Assembly (NCBI GenBank): GCA_030704615.1
Contig: CM060732.1
Coordinates: 41,912,001 to 41,976,000, forward strand
Source of the DNA: Takakia lepidozioides
Lineage: Eukaryota; Plantae; Bryophyta
Reading direction: 5' to 3'
Length of the DNA: 64,000 nucleotides
This document shows, piece after piece, positions 25,758 through 38,748 of this stretch. A program made the position numbers and the translations under genes. The notes under the pieces are model-generated. The model was not told the origin of the DNA, ran no database searches, and saw nothing but the letters and a program-made list of their open reading frames with translations. Numbering within the stretch: position 1 is the first letter of the stretch; the number at the start of each line of letters is the position of its first letter.

Positions 25758-28700
25758 TCTTTGCAGGGCTGGAGACATCCTGCCAGAGGCACATAATTTT
25801 GTTTTTCAATAAACATGTAAATTACCCCAATATTTAAAGGGCTTGTTTCCTTCCACAAAATCTTGTCTCCATTGGCAAGACCGCTTATCAAAATGCCCTT
25901 ACTTTCAACCCTATCTGTTAAAGCAATCCTCTGTAGGATCTTGGGAACAGATGATACCAAACCACAGTCCACCACCTACAAACAACACAGATAAGGATAC
26001 CATTAGTCTTGTAGACAGTGGCGACAAACCCCAAGATCACCTGTCACAACTCTCCTATCCCTCCCACACTTAGGGCTAAAGAAGGCTCCTCCCATCCAAG
26101 TCCTGAAGACCATGTACTTCATACTCACTCCAACACCCACCTCCACTCTTCCCCCTTTTGAAAAGGGGACTCCGTGAGTGGGTAGCTCTCGGAAGGAACT
26201 AAACAATTAACTAATCATCACATAGTAGTAGGATTTCCGGCACATAATCAAGATCATGTAACTGAAACGAGAGCCAATAACGGCAAAGAGATGAAATCCA
26301 CTAATCTTCAACTTCAGCAGACCAAACCATGTTTCTGGCTCTGGTGATTATGCCTCTGAGGCATGCATTAAAGTCTCACATAATGCTTAGAGGACCACAG
26401 GACAAATGCAGCAAAGAATTGAAGGAGCCAAACCAGAGACTGGCGTCGTCCAAGCTGATAATCATTCCAGATCATAAAAGTTAGGATCTGCAGACAATCC
26501 TCTACGTTCAGGACGGTGTTCTCTGTTCCAGTAATTGTCCGTTGAATGTCTGGCCCGGGGAGCCTCGAGCTTCGAGCTTTTGACATCCAGGCACCCCTGA
26601 AACAGGTTCCTACTTTTATGCCTAATGTATATCTTTCGACCATTCACTAACTTCGAATTACTAGAATACGATCGGAGGACTATTCTAATGTAAATTAACA
26701 GATGAAACCGCCGACCACGAGGATATGAGAGACACAGAGACACAAGATGTGCTTCAAGAGATGCAACATTGATCCCGGAGAACAGAAGCCAATTAAGATT
26801 CACGATTACAAGAACAGATACTGACATCAAACACATCAAAGACGCGCTTGCACCGATGCATAGTTATCATGCCGCCAAACTCTCAAAAACGGAGAGCACG
26901 CACATTTTTAAGTACATCCAACAGAAAGAAATAAATAAATAAATAAAATCTGAATTTGACAAAGGGACTTAAGAAACAGAGACCCTCAACATTCCAGGTA
27001 CCATACATTTACAGAGCACAGAACCGGCTAACCAGCGTCAATTCGATCCTGAATAAGAGACAATCGGAAAATCTGTTTCAACCAGAGCGCGAACTTCACG
27101 GAATTCCTCAATCGATGACAGGTTCAATGCAAGACACACAATCTATATAACGTCCATAGGAAGCACAAAGTGAATGATAACAGACTCTCCCGAGAAATTA
27201 CCTGCAACAGATATGAAACCTCCACTATCCCAAGGGCGCATCAAATCTGGACAATCGCAAAGAGAGCCTCAAGCCCGCAGCTTGTGCGAGGGAAAAACCT
27301 GCAGAGGTGCAGTCAAAGAGCGAGAGAAAAACGGAGAGCGCTCAACGCACCGGTTGATTCCTGTTTCCCTGCTTCTTTCCTTCTTCCGCCACCGGATTCT
27401 CCCGGTCACCCTCCACGTGCGCAAGCGGCACTTGATGGCTATCCCCTTTGCGGTACGGCAATCTGTGGGGCACCATCGCGGATCTAGGATCGAAGGAATC
27501 TTAACCGTCAACCTTAAATAATCCAATGGTGTAAACTCTATCGTACAACAACAAACATCTTACGGCCCAGAACAGATAATCTGCTTATAGATATAAATGG
27601 TCTCCAGCAGTTCACATCCAACCTACCACGAGCGTCAATGAAATCCTGGTATCAGTCATCCGAAAATGTAACTGGATAGATGAATGTATATTTAGAGTGG
27701 ATGGATGTATTCTAGTGGATGATGGATGAATTCAGCTTTAAAGTGTTTTTACTAACAAAAATATATATATATTTATGTATTTTGGAAATAGGACAAGGAG
27801 GGTTGGGGGGTGGGGTCGTCTCTCTCGCGCTGGATGGCTGTGCGTTTGCGTGTTGAGCATTGTACGTGGAAGCTCTGGTCCGTGCCACCACAGCGGGCAG
27901 GGATCTGACGTGGCGATGGTGGTCCCCCCCAGATCTACAAATGTGATGGTGATGGTGACGTACTCGGACTCTGCCAATGTTCGTGAGGTTGTTTGTTTTT
28001 GTTTATGCCAGCAAACGTTCGACGAGAACCCCAGCCAGAGTAGGAGTCGGAAACGTCGAGGGCCAAGTGGGAGCGCTAATGACTCGTTTGGATGCGGAAG
28101 GATCGTTGCAAGTAGGGACAGTAGTGCAAATCGGAAGAAACAGCTGTTCAGGTGCTCGGTGCTTCTCCTAGGCAGCAGTTGGGACATGCTGTCAGGACAT
28201 GCAACTTTCTAGGGCAAAGCCAGAAGTAGAAAAATTCCGGGACTTGGCAGGATTGCTGTGAACTGAGATAGTGTGCAGTGAAGGCTCAGCATGGCAGTGC
28301 AAGTCATGGTTTGAGGATCATCCGTTTTTTCTCTGATCGGTTGGAGAAGCATGGCACTTCGTTCAATATCAGATGAAAAACAAATTCGGAGATATCTAGC
28401 AGCAGCGGCCTTTTGATTTAGCCTTTGTGGAGACACTTAAGTCCCAATCTAAAGGTAAGGTTCCTTCCTGGAGCGGATTCGTCTTGCCCCTCTGCCGCTT
28501 TGCCCGAGCTATGAGTCCTAGATACTTGCAAGTTGTGGCCTACTACTGATGGATTCCATGATAGGAAGCACTACGTATCCAGTTTCTGTATGCATTCGAG
28601 AGAGTATACATGTACAAATATAAGGATCATTCAATATATGCAGCTTCAAGTTTATTCATAATTCGTTGATTCGAGAGGCAGTTTCGAACTCAGGAATCTC

Positions 28701-28945
28701 TTGTTCTCAACAACGCCCTGAGAATATGTACTTGGAGAGAGAGAAAGGAACTGCATCTTTGTCAATTTTGTACTTTCTGCTTAGAACATAAATTAGCATG
28801 GATGGTAGGTGGTAGCTTTGTTTTGTTGGAGGAGACGATTTGACACTCAGTTATTGTGTAAATGTTTGTAGTCTGAGCTGCGCGGGTTCAAAGGAGCAGG
28901 TCTTCTCATCTTTCCACAGGCAAGGTTCGGGAGATCGTGCAGGAA

Positions 28946-31900
28946 ATGGCTGTGTTGACCAGAGGACGGAGTTTAATGGAGTCCCTTATACGGGATACAA
29001 ATATGAAGGAGTTTTTCGGAGGCAGGGATGCCAATGTTGCGGTATCACCTAAAGGAGATGAGCGCAGCCCTTCCAGCACCAAAAAATTGATCAAAGAGCT
29101 CTCCTCTCTTGCCAATGTGGTAGTTGGCCGTTGTGCAAGGTAGAACACCTACATTTTCCCTAGCTGGCATTTTCACTTTCCAATTCTCTGGAAACATTTG
29201 ACAGAAGTAATACTTCCTGTTCGCACACTTTCTAGCAGTAGAACACTTCAAAGAAAAATATAGTTACCCATTGCCAGCTATTCATGAAGACTTTCTGGAA
29301 TGCTATCTCTACTTTGTTCTTACTTCACTCTACTTTGTTCTTATTTGCAGGCCATGAGTTTTTGTCGACTATCTGGCAGCTTTTTTTTCCTGTATCTTTG
29401 TTGTCATTGAGCACGATTCATGTGCTTCTTGGCAAAGTTGTGTTAAGTGGCAAAGCTCAGTTTTGATTGTACTTATTTTAAATTCGCCTCGTACAATGTG
29501 ACCATCTTAAGTCCTGTCATCTTAGGTACTGCCATTGGTTCCGGAAATCATGAAAGTCATGACTTGGCTCCTGTCTATTGAATCCCCAAAGATTTTCTGG
29601 CACGATAACATAGTTGTTGTCTAAGTGTAGTAACTTATCTCCTATTCCTTCCCTATCCCTGCCTATTGGCATATCAAACTCTTACCAAACATTCATGAGT
29701 GAACCTTGCACTCAAGATATGGATGACTGTATGGAGCCTTTTTTTGTAGAGCTTTGCAAGTCCTCTGAAGCTACTGTTCTTCTCATGCGACTATAGCTGC
29801 CATTGTTCAATGGTCTATGGCATATTTACAAGCTGATAACTGAGTACCATGGTTTGTGCTGAGAATCTTCAGGCATGAAATAGCCCATGAATCAAGGTTC
29901 AGATGATGGTGGATGTAAAGGTCCCAGGTTTTGACTTTTGTGCAACTGCTATTCAGCCACTTACATCACCTATTACAGAGAAAGAAGTTACACACATGCA
30001 TGGACATCACTGAGTTCTCCACTCATATTCACAGTTACAATGCCTTCTGGGCTTTGGGGGATGCCCTAACTCTTCATTGTGCTGCTGCTAAGAATGGGTT
30101 GTGGGTGAGTCTCTCTAGGATTTTGCTACTTAGCCCTGAGGAGCTGCAGCGGCATTTTGATGAGGAAGCACCCATGTCAGCCAGACATCCATCACGGTAT
30201 GCACACAACCTGCTGGAGTACATCTGTTTTCGGGCCCTTTCTGTGGCTGTGCAAGTTACCGACCATCTGAGTGACAAGGAGTTTCGGCGCCTGTCCTTCG
30301 ACATTATGCTTGCTTGGGAAGCTCCTGGTGCCACCAACAGGCCTGTCTTGAAGGTGAGGCTTTCATCTGGATCAGTGGCAAGGAGTTAAACAATATGTCC
30401 ATTCCTCGAGACACAGGATCTTGTTGAGCAGGCTGTTGCTGGTACTGCTGGATAAGATCTGATGGTTGTTGATTGTGGACCCTGGTGGAGGTTTTTTCTT
30501 TTGCTTCTTGGGAGGTGGCTGGGAGAGATTGGGAGGATCTGCAGCGTTTAGTCCATTCTGGAATAGGGCTACACCCAAGTTATAAGCTGGGTAGCGACAG
30601 GGGGTGGGGATTATTGGTGATTCATAAAGTCATTGCTAATATCCCCACCCCCTTGTTTCGCATGGCATGACAGAAGGAACAACATGTTAATAGGAATACA
30701 AAAGAGGGCTCAACTGCGGAGGATGAGGAAGATGGGGCGCTATTCTATTCTGACTTGATGTCTATGATGGTCATTTATCCATCTCCCAGACTCTTTTGTG
30801 CACAAACCTCTTAGTTGGTGCCTAGGGTGACTTAGACAGTTTATCATACTGGTTTGTCTCTAGTTGAAAGATTTGAAAAATGGTGACTGTCAACCTGACA
30901 GATTTATTGTGATTTTCAATTATTTGCAGGTTGATGTGGAGAACACTGTGGGATTGGATGCATTTGTCCGGTTGGCCCCTGCCGTCCCTGTAGTAGCAGA
31001 CCCGATCAGTGTGCATCGCCAGTTTGAGGCTCTTACCTCCTCCACTGGAGGCCGTCTGCCTTTCCCTATTTATGACAAATACCTCATCGAGCTGGACAAG
31101 TAAGCACTTGTGCCCCAGTGACAGTGAATTTCTTCTCCTTCAGTCCCTGATTACTTGCACATTCAATCCAGGTCATGGTAGACATAATGCATGAGCACCT
31201 TCTTCTTTTCTAAGAGTGACAGGGAATTTCTTCTCTAGTCCCTGATTACTTGCACATTCAATCCAGGTCATGGTAGACATAATGCATGAGCACCTACTTT
31301 TCTAAGAAAGTGTTATTCACAAGGGATACACTTAGTAGACCTGCCTTCAATGCTGCATGGCCTCCTCTTTCAAAGGGGATAGGGCTCTGTTTAAACAACC
31401 TTGCTTTAGCGAAACCTTCCTGGGAGGGTGGTACAACTCCTTGCAGTCACTCTCCACTTGCTGATAAGCCTGAAGTGTTGGGCTGTGTTGATTTGTCGGG
31501 TGGAATAGGTCAATCAAAACCATCAAGAGCCAAGTGACACACTCACTGGTTAATGCGCTTCGTCTGGCCAAAAACGAAGCAGTGATAGACATTGATGGAA
31601 CTGCCACAACACAGCCTGTCCTGCAGCATATTGGCTTCTCTGCTTGGCCAGGTGAGGTTGAGGTCAAACAGAGGCTTTGTCTGTATAGCAGGGTGAATGA
31701 AGAGTTAGTAGTTCTTCGTGATGGTTGTGCATACGTGTAGTTCATTTCAGCTGGGGATGTTGCCAGTAGAGTGGCAAAAATAAGCGATTTTACCTTGTGG
31801 TGAGTATATGTAAGAAGGCACCCTTCAAGATTATGGATTGTGGAAGATTAATTTCGCTAATAGAAAAAAATTGTACTCATGAATCTTGTTTTCCATAGCC

Positions 31901-34702
31901 TTGTGGCCATAGGCCCCGCACCCAGTTTGGGAAGAACAACAGGGAATGAAAACAGGAAATCGCTACGCTGTGAGTTGGTCAGCAATGTTTTGACCTTTCA
32001 ACACTCTTGGACTCAGATGTTCTGCAGGGGACATGTTTTGGAGGGTTTTTAGTTCATTAGTGGTGGGGCCAGTACCAAACAACGATTGCATAATTTCACC
32101 CCTGCAGCAAACACCCGACTGATTTTTCCATATGGTGGATTGAAATTGGACAGGGCGGTTGACATTGACTGATCATGCATTATACTTTGAAGCGACGGGA
32201 GTTGTGTCCTACGATAAAGCTAAGAAGTTTGATCTATCTGGAGATTTGAAGCATGTGATTAAGCCAGATTTAACAGGCCCCTGGGGTGCACGCCTCTTTG
32301 ATAAAGCTGTCATGTACAAATCAAATGTTACGTAAGTTCCTATGGAATTCCCTTGGAGTTTTTTATGAGATCTTACCAGGATGTTTGTTTTGAAGCCAGG
32401 GCTACTTAGTTTTTGTTCAGCTACTTTTTCAATAATTTTAATGCAAGTCAAAAGGGAGGATCCTATCTGGTGAAGAGGCAAGCCTGAATTGTACGGAAAA
32501 GGCCGAGTTAAAAGCGAAAAATCCCCTCAAGCTAGATGGCATTTCAATGTACATAGGAACTATTCCATGTCTTTATGGTGAACTGGTTGACACTTTTAAC
32601 CAAGCATAATTGTGGCCGGTTGGGCATGCAGTCTGGAACCCCTAGTGCTGGAGTTCCCCGAATTGACAGGGCGCACACGTCGCGACTATTGGTTAACCAT
32701 CATCCGGGAGGTAGTGGCAGCACACCAATTTATACGTACACATCAGTTGGAAGGTGTGGGAAAAGCAGAAGCTCTGGCAAAGGCAGTGCTAGGTGTGGCT
32801 CGCTTGCGCGCAACAAGAGAAACTTTTCATGTCTTGCCTCCCAGACCTCACAGCCTGCTTACTTACTCATTGGCAGAGGAAATGCCGGGGGGTGACTTGG
32901 TCCTGGCAGCTTTAGCAGACACCTTGCGCCACACTGGGCAGGGTGAAGGGCAAGGGGGTGGGGAAAACTTCCGTCTCCGCCACCAAGGGAGTCGCACATA
33001 TGCCAGCTCTGCAAGCTCACCTAGCTCAGCTGTAGCCAGCTTTGGGCCTTCACCTCCAAAAGGAAATAGTGATAAGACCAAGGAGTCACCTGTATCTATT
33101 GGTGAGATCCTCATTGGTGACATGACACCATTGGAAAAGGCCATCATACAATCACGAGATAATACGAAGAAAGTAATGCTGGCACAAGCATCTATAGATG
33201 GTGTCAAAGTTGAGGGGATTGGCACGAATGTTGCAGTCATGAAGGTGGGCCCCTTATCCTAGTGAAACATTATCGTGTGGTAAAACAATTCTATTTGCTT
33301 CCAATCTACAGAAACCATATACCAACTATGTTATGGACACATCCTTTTGACAAAATGGGCATTGTCTTTTGTGTAAGTAGGTATGTCATGGTACTGTTGT
33401 GTGTACTGCAGGAGTTGCTGGTGCCTTTGATGGCCTTGGTTTCGTGGCTTCAAGTTGTAATGTCATGGGAGGAGCCGACTGCATCATTTACTTTCTGTGC
33501 TGCCATTTCTTATTTCATCTACAAGTGGGTAGATACATTTCAGAACCCTTTGTCTTGCTGTTGGTTTGGGAAAGCATCAGGTGCTGTCATGGACTCTTTG
33601 CTGCTGCTTCACATGTGAATGGCGCAACCTGGAGCCCATTTTCTTAAGGGGCATCCGCTGACATATGTTCTGACCTTGTGTCTGCCCTGCAGTGTAGCAC
33701 TCTCTGTGGCTGATTTGTTAAGTTCATTCTGATTAGTCTCAGCATTCACCAAATGTAGAAAGCTTATTTCTCTTTTGCAGTCCATGTGTTCAGTCTTCAC
33801 TGCATTCCAGCTCACATAAGACAGCATTGCAGTCTTCATGGAGTTGGGATTTAGAGATCCAACTAAGAAGGATGAGCATGTGGTGGACAGGGATTGGATG
33901 GTCTATATTCCACCACTCTCGCTGGCGGGCATGGCAGGTTACATGGGGTGGTTGCGATATGTGCGAAATGAGGAGCCTATACGGGAATTGATTGTCCCCA
34001 CACCCCCTGGGCAGAATACCGTTGAGCAATTGCTGGGACTCCAGCAAGCACTGGGGCAGTTGGAAGGCCTTATTCAGGCTGGCAACATTGTCCTACTCAA
34101 AATCCGTGCTTTGTTACTATCGGCTTTTCCTGAGGTGCTGCGATACGACCTTCCTGTCACCGCCCAATGAAGTGTGTCCTTTTTTGTGATTGTGCTGTAT
34201 GCAGTTACAAATGTTTAAGGTTTGTGATTTTTCTGGAATGGCCACATGAGGGGGTTTTGAGAGAAACTGTCCATACATAGTCTTTCGTCACTTGCCTTGT
34301 TTGCTGTGCCGTTCTGTGGGCACTGTCTCGGCAGTATTCTGGAGGCATGGATAACATTCAATGCTATATCAAAGAGTATTCTTCAGTTGGATCATTTTTA
34401 TCTTCACTTTCGTCACTTGCCTTCAAAGTAGTCTTCAGCAAGACTGATTCATGAGGGTGTGGGCTTTACAGGCAACGAATCAAGTCATGGTTCTGCTGTT
34501 GGTGTCTGCCATGGCTTTGGTGGTATTACCAATGAAGTGGTTGGTTTTGATTGCATTCTTGAATATATTCACCAGCCAGATGCAAGTACGACGAGACAGC
34601 ACTGCCCGATGGACCCGTCGCTTGAATGAATGGTGGTATAGCATACCTGTGGTGCCTGTCCGATTTTTAAGACCTGAAGAAGTCGGTAACATACGTCAAT
34701 GA
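28946..34702 (+). CDS. DUF639 family plant protein, 10 coding exons
   Basis: Phase-consistent exons 28946-29139, 30119-30353, 30674-30769, 30930-31099, 31509-31651, 32154-32331, 32632-33244, 33412-33524, 33891-34134, 34472-34702. Motifs LSSLANVVVGRC, NLLEYICFRAL, FDIMLAWEAP, AWPGRLTLTDHALYFEA, TGPWGARLFDKAV, EFPELTGRTRRDYW, EWWYSIPVVPV. Confidence 0.93.
31118..31306. repeat. ~97-bp tandem duplication in DUF639 intron 4
   Basis: AGTGACAG.GAATTTCTTCTC..AGTCCCTGATTACTTGCACATTCAATCCAGGTCATGGTAGACATAATGCATGAGCACCT..TTTTCTAAG occurs twice in tandem. Confidence 0.9.
31871..31950 (-). mobile_element. 3' fragment of the RTE/RTEX-like LINE family in DUF639 intron 5
   Basis: Minus strand CCCAAACTGGGTGCGGGGCCTATGGCCACAAGGCTATGGAAAACAAGATTCATGAGTACAA. 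Confidence 0.8.
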
Positions 34703-37576
34703 TCTTTGTGCCTATACTAGGCTCCCTTCATTTTTGTGCATATATTATTGTAGGCAACAGGTCAGAACCGACTAATTAAAGGAACAGTATGCACTTTCTT
34801 TGCCTACAGAGGCCAAGACATAGTTAGAATTGTACTATAGCTGCAGCATGAGTGGAAAGGTATGTTCAAATCTGGACATGAGTTATGGGGAAGACGAAGT
34901 CCCCCATTGTCGATGAAATTCTTGCAAAAATCTAAACCAATGAAACTGATTGCCACCTTCAGTGCCCGATTGTTAAGTTTGTACCCATGGATGGTTTCCA
35001 GTGAAGGCTGTGGAGGGAAGTTTTTCGAAATACACCTTCCAGACCTCAGGACATGAACATACGGTGCAGCCCTCACTGTAAGGAAGGTGCATGCCCACCT
35101 TTGAACAGAACAGTATGCGCAAGGTAAAGAGGCCACTTCGCTCTGCCAGGCTTTCTCTTAAATGTTCCAAAAAGTTGGCCAGCACGTAAAGTGCCATTAG
35201 TTGTAGTCCATTAGTTGTTGTTGTATTTTGCTAACATGTACATCAACTTAACGTTGCTGGACACGGGTTGTATTTGTTGAGTTTGTGTGCACAGTGGTGA
35301 AGATACTGGATTCGCCCTCACGGATTCCGCAATGAGAAGGGAAATTTGCCAGGTCGCAGTGTATAAGTGAAACTTCACAAAGAAATAAAGTTAGGCGGAC
35401 AATTAGACGCACTTGGTGTCCCTCTTTCATCCAGTTCAGAAAGTGGGAGGCTGTTCGAAGTAATGCTATATGTAGTTGGAGCAGCATTCAGGGAAGTGGG
35501 CCTGCTAAGGGGATACAGCATGCGGCCAGGGCCTTAGGCAAATTTGCCTAGGGGGCTTATTCATCTTTGCTCTACTTCTATGGTTTGTTTTTTTGGGGGC
35601 CCTGCTAGTGCAGAGTGCATAGCCCCCTAGGTACTAGGTACTAGTAAGTGAGCGACCTCACAAGCTGGTGGGACCGAAGCCCACCGAGCCCTCAGCGGTG
35701 GAACCCTTCTAGAAGGTCGCCTCCACCACGTACACTTCTCCAAGCCTAGGCTGCTGGGTCCCACTGCCACCATCCATGTGATAATGTCTTGGCATGGGGT
35801 ACACAGTTCCCGGCCCTCTTCTTAGCCTTAATACAAGCTTTCCCGTTCCCTTTTGGCCCTAGTTAATTCCTGGACCACTCTCTAATCCCCACACCCCCTT
35901 TTAAACCCGGGCCCTTATTGAATTCGTTCATTGTGAGACTATAGGTGCTCACACACAAGCAAGTGTGCAAACACATCCAAACAATATCAAATAGAGAGTA
36001 GCTTTTGGCAGCTCAAACCGGTTTGATCCTAGACTTGGGCCCCCGGCATCAGTCACCACACCCCACCATGAGACGAGCCTGGGCCCACGTTACCATCACT
36101 TGACCCTTTCCACCTAAGCACACGGTCATGGGTTCTCGCCTTATTATCGGATGGGCTCAAACTGCCCACCAGAGATCAGAGGGTCAAACAAGGCGGGACT
36201 TAACGGATAACTTTAGTGCCTCCACTATAAATGGGAACTATCAAATAGGTACCATCACTAAATTAATAAGTACCCAAGATACTCAGTGTATACACTCATT
36301 TCTATTTTTCTCTCTTAGTTAATATATCTATGATCATATTTTGTATAAGTATTAAGGAGGAGGACCTCCTCTATATAGGCTCTTGGAGGCGGCCGCCTGA
36401 CCCTCTTATAGGGGGGGTCGTTAAGGGGTGGTGGAGCCTTCCATAAGGCCCTACACATGTCATACTCTACAGAACCCTATTGTACTATTTGACACTTGTA
36501 CCCTAAAAAAACCTCTAGTCCCACGTCCATTGGGAGCTCCCCATGGGCTCTTCCAATGTTTTGGCTATTTTTGACCTTCCCTAACTTAAACGGGTCCTCT
36601 TCCTCGTCCAGCTGTCCCTCCACCCGGGCCCACCAGTCCACCCAGCAAAGCTCCTTTTTCCCTCCTCCTAGTGTCCTTCCACCGCCTTCCCACCCGGTCC
36701 TCCACTTGGTCATGCCATCTGCCCAGGCGGACTATTTTTCAAATGAAACTTGGGCTACAAATATGTATCCATATTAAGCCCGTATATAGTTTGATGAGGG
36801 TACCTGTTTATATTTCCGTTTTTCGCAGATTAGGATTCATGGCTCTACCTCAGCCTCCCCATTGGCCACAGCTCCCACCATATCGATTTCCTCGACGTTC
36901 AATTTCTCCCCAAACAGATCTAGGGTACTTATAGATTAGAATATGTAGTGGAGAAATTTTTGTCAAAGTCCCTGTACAAGCAAAATATAAGTTAGCCCAA
37001 ATGTTTGTCATTTCTGGCTGAAAGGAATACAAGTAATTGACAAGCCGGTCAACCTTGACAGTCGAATTTTGAGGTAGGTAGTTGCTTTGTGGTGTGGGCT
37101 TACATGACATGAAATGAGCTGAACATGCAATTTGACTCATTAATATACTACCAAATGTATTTATTGGGTCCTCCCTAAAGAGGAGACTATGCATATGTCA
37201 AAAATTCCCTCAACTCTAGTGTAGACTGAAGGTCGGAGACTAGTTTAGTTTCAAATTTAACTCTAGCACAAATATGGTGCCATAGTGCCACATCATTGTC
37301 AGCCACATCATCATTGTCATGCCACATCATCGTCCTCATCCATGTCGTTGTCATCTTGCCATGTCATCATCGTCATTTTAAAGCAGCCCGAAAAAAAAAA
37401 AAAAAAAAAAAAAAAGGTCGAAAGTCATTTATCGCCGCCACATCTGCATGTTGTCATTTTTATGCTGCCCGAAAATGAAAAAATTAAATTGTTTCTTTTT
37501 TTGCAAATGTAGTCTAATATGACTTTCTTCCTTTTTTCTGTTTCTTTCACACATCCAATGTAAAGGTTACAACATT

Positions 37577-37806
37577 TTTATTTTTTATTTTATTTTCAGA
37601 AAAAAGAAACCTGGGAGCGACTGCTCACAATTCAGGCCCTTGAGAGGGGGGGAAATTAACCCCCTGTCAGATAAGCCATTAGGCACACAGGTGGAAACGT
37701 CACCACCAGACCAACCGGTCACGAACAATCCACACACCAGGCATGGCAGCGGGTTTGAACCCCAAACCACTAGGGCGACACATTGTGCACTTACCAGCTG
37801 ATGTGC
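37577..37806 (-). mobile_element. tRNA-derived SINE
   Basis: A-box-like GCACATCAGCTGGTAAG, B-box GGTTCAAACCC, T-run then (AAAAT)n tail; direct repeat TACAACATT at 37568-37576 and 37807-37815. Confidence 0.75.
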
Positions 37807-38748
37807 TACAACATTAACTTTAACCCCTAATGGACGAGGCAACCTGAATCAGGTCGCCGGAAAATTTTGATTGGATGAAAATCATCGAGATGAATTCGGA
37901 TGAATTCGAGCCCTGAATGAAAAATGTAGGAAATTAAATTCTAAGCCCCCCCCCCCTCTATTGATGGCACCCCAAAAATCCTAAAGGACAGCCGGCAGGA
38001 TTTTTTGGAAAGTGTGGGGTACCCAAAAATCAGTGGTTTGGGGCCCTCTAGCAGGGTTGACCTGCCACATGGCCGGCTAGATGGGGTGGGGTTCATGCGT
38101 TTGGCGGTGACGGGTGCCACCGGGGGCTGCATGTCCGCCCGTGCGGTCAGTCACATCTCCCCCCCGCACGCGCGAAGGGTGGCGGGAGGTGGGAGGGACG
38201 GGCACTTCGCGTCCTTCGTTCTCTCTCGTTTGTGCATGTCGAGGGCTCACAGCTTGCTGTGTGCAGATCTTCCTTTTACGCTCCTTCTTCCTTCCTGTGT
38301 CGATCCTATTTAGCCTTATATGCGCTTGATTGTTTTCTTTGTGCGCTTATTTGGGCTCTTTGCGATGTGGGTGTGTGCGGGCCGCTGTTCTATTTTGCGC
38401 CGCGGAGCTTTTGTTTGTCTTTAAAGCTGGCCGCTGCATTTACATCTGCTGCTTCACCTACATTTACGAGGTGCGAGAAGGGCTGCGCAGCCGTCTGTTC
38501 GCCTTAGGTACAAGCTCACCCATTTTCCTCCTTTGTGCTTTTCTCTTTACACCTCTTGCTTATGCTGCATTCAGCTAGTACTAGGGTTCTGCATGCCAAC
38601 TGATTAGATCCTACAACCATGCCGTCAGGGTTGGTAATGCTTGGGTTTTGTATTTCTTGATGTTGGCATCAGATTTGGGGATTTGTTTTTTTGTTCTGTA
38701 CGTAGGCTTGTAGTGATTGGGGTGAGTTGTCTGGGTGGTAGGGAATCA

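Noticed and set aside
37740-37810. Functional tRNA gene
   Set aside because: No convincing cloverleaf; a body, A-rich tail and TSD indicate a SINE.
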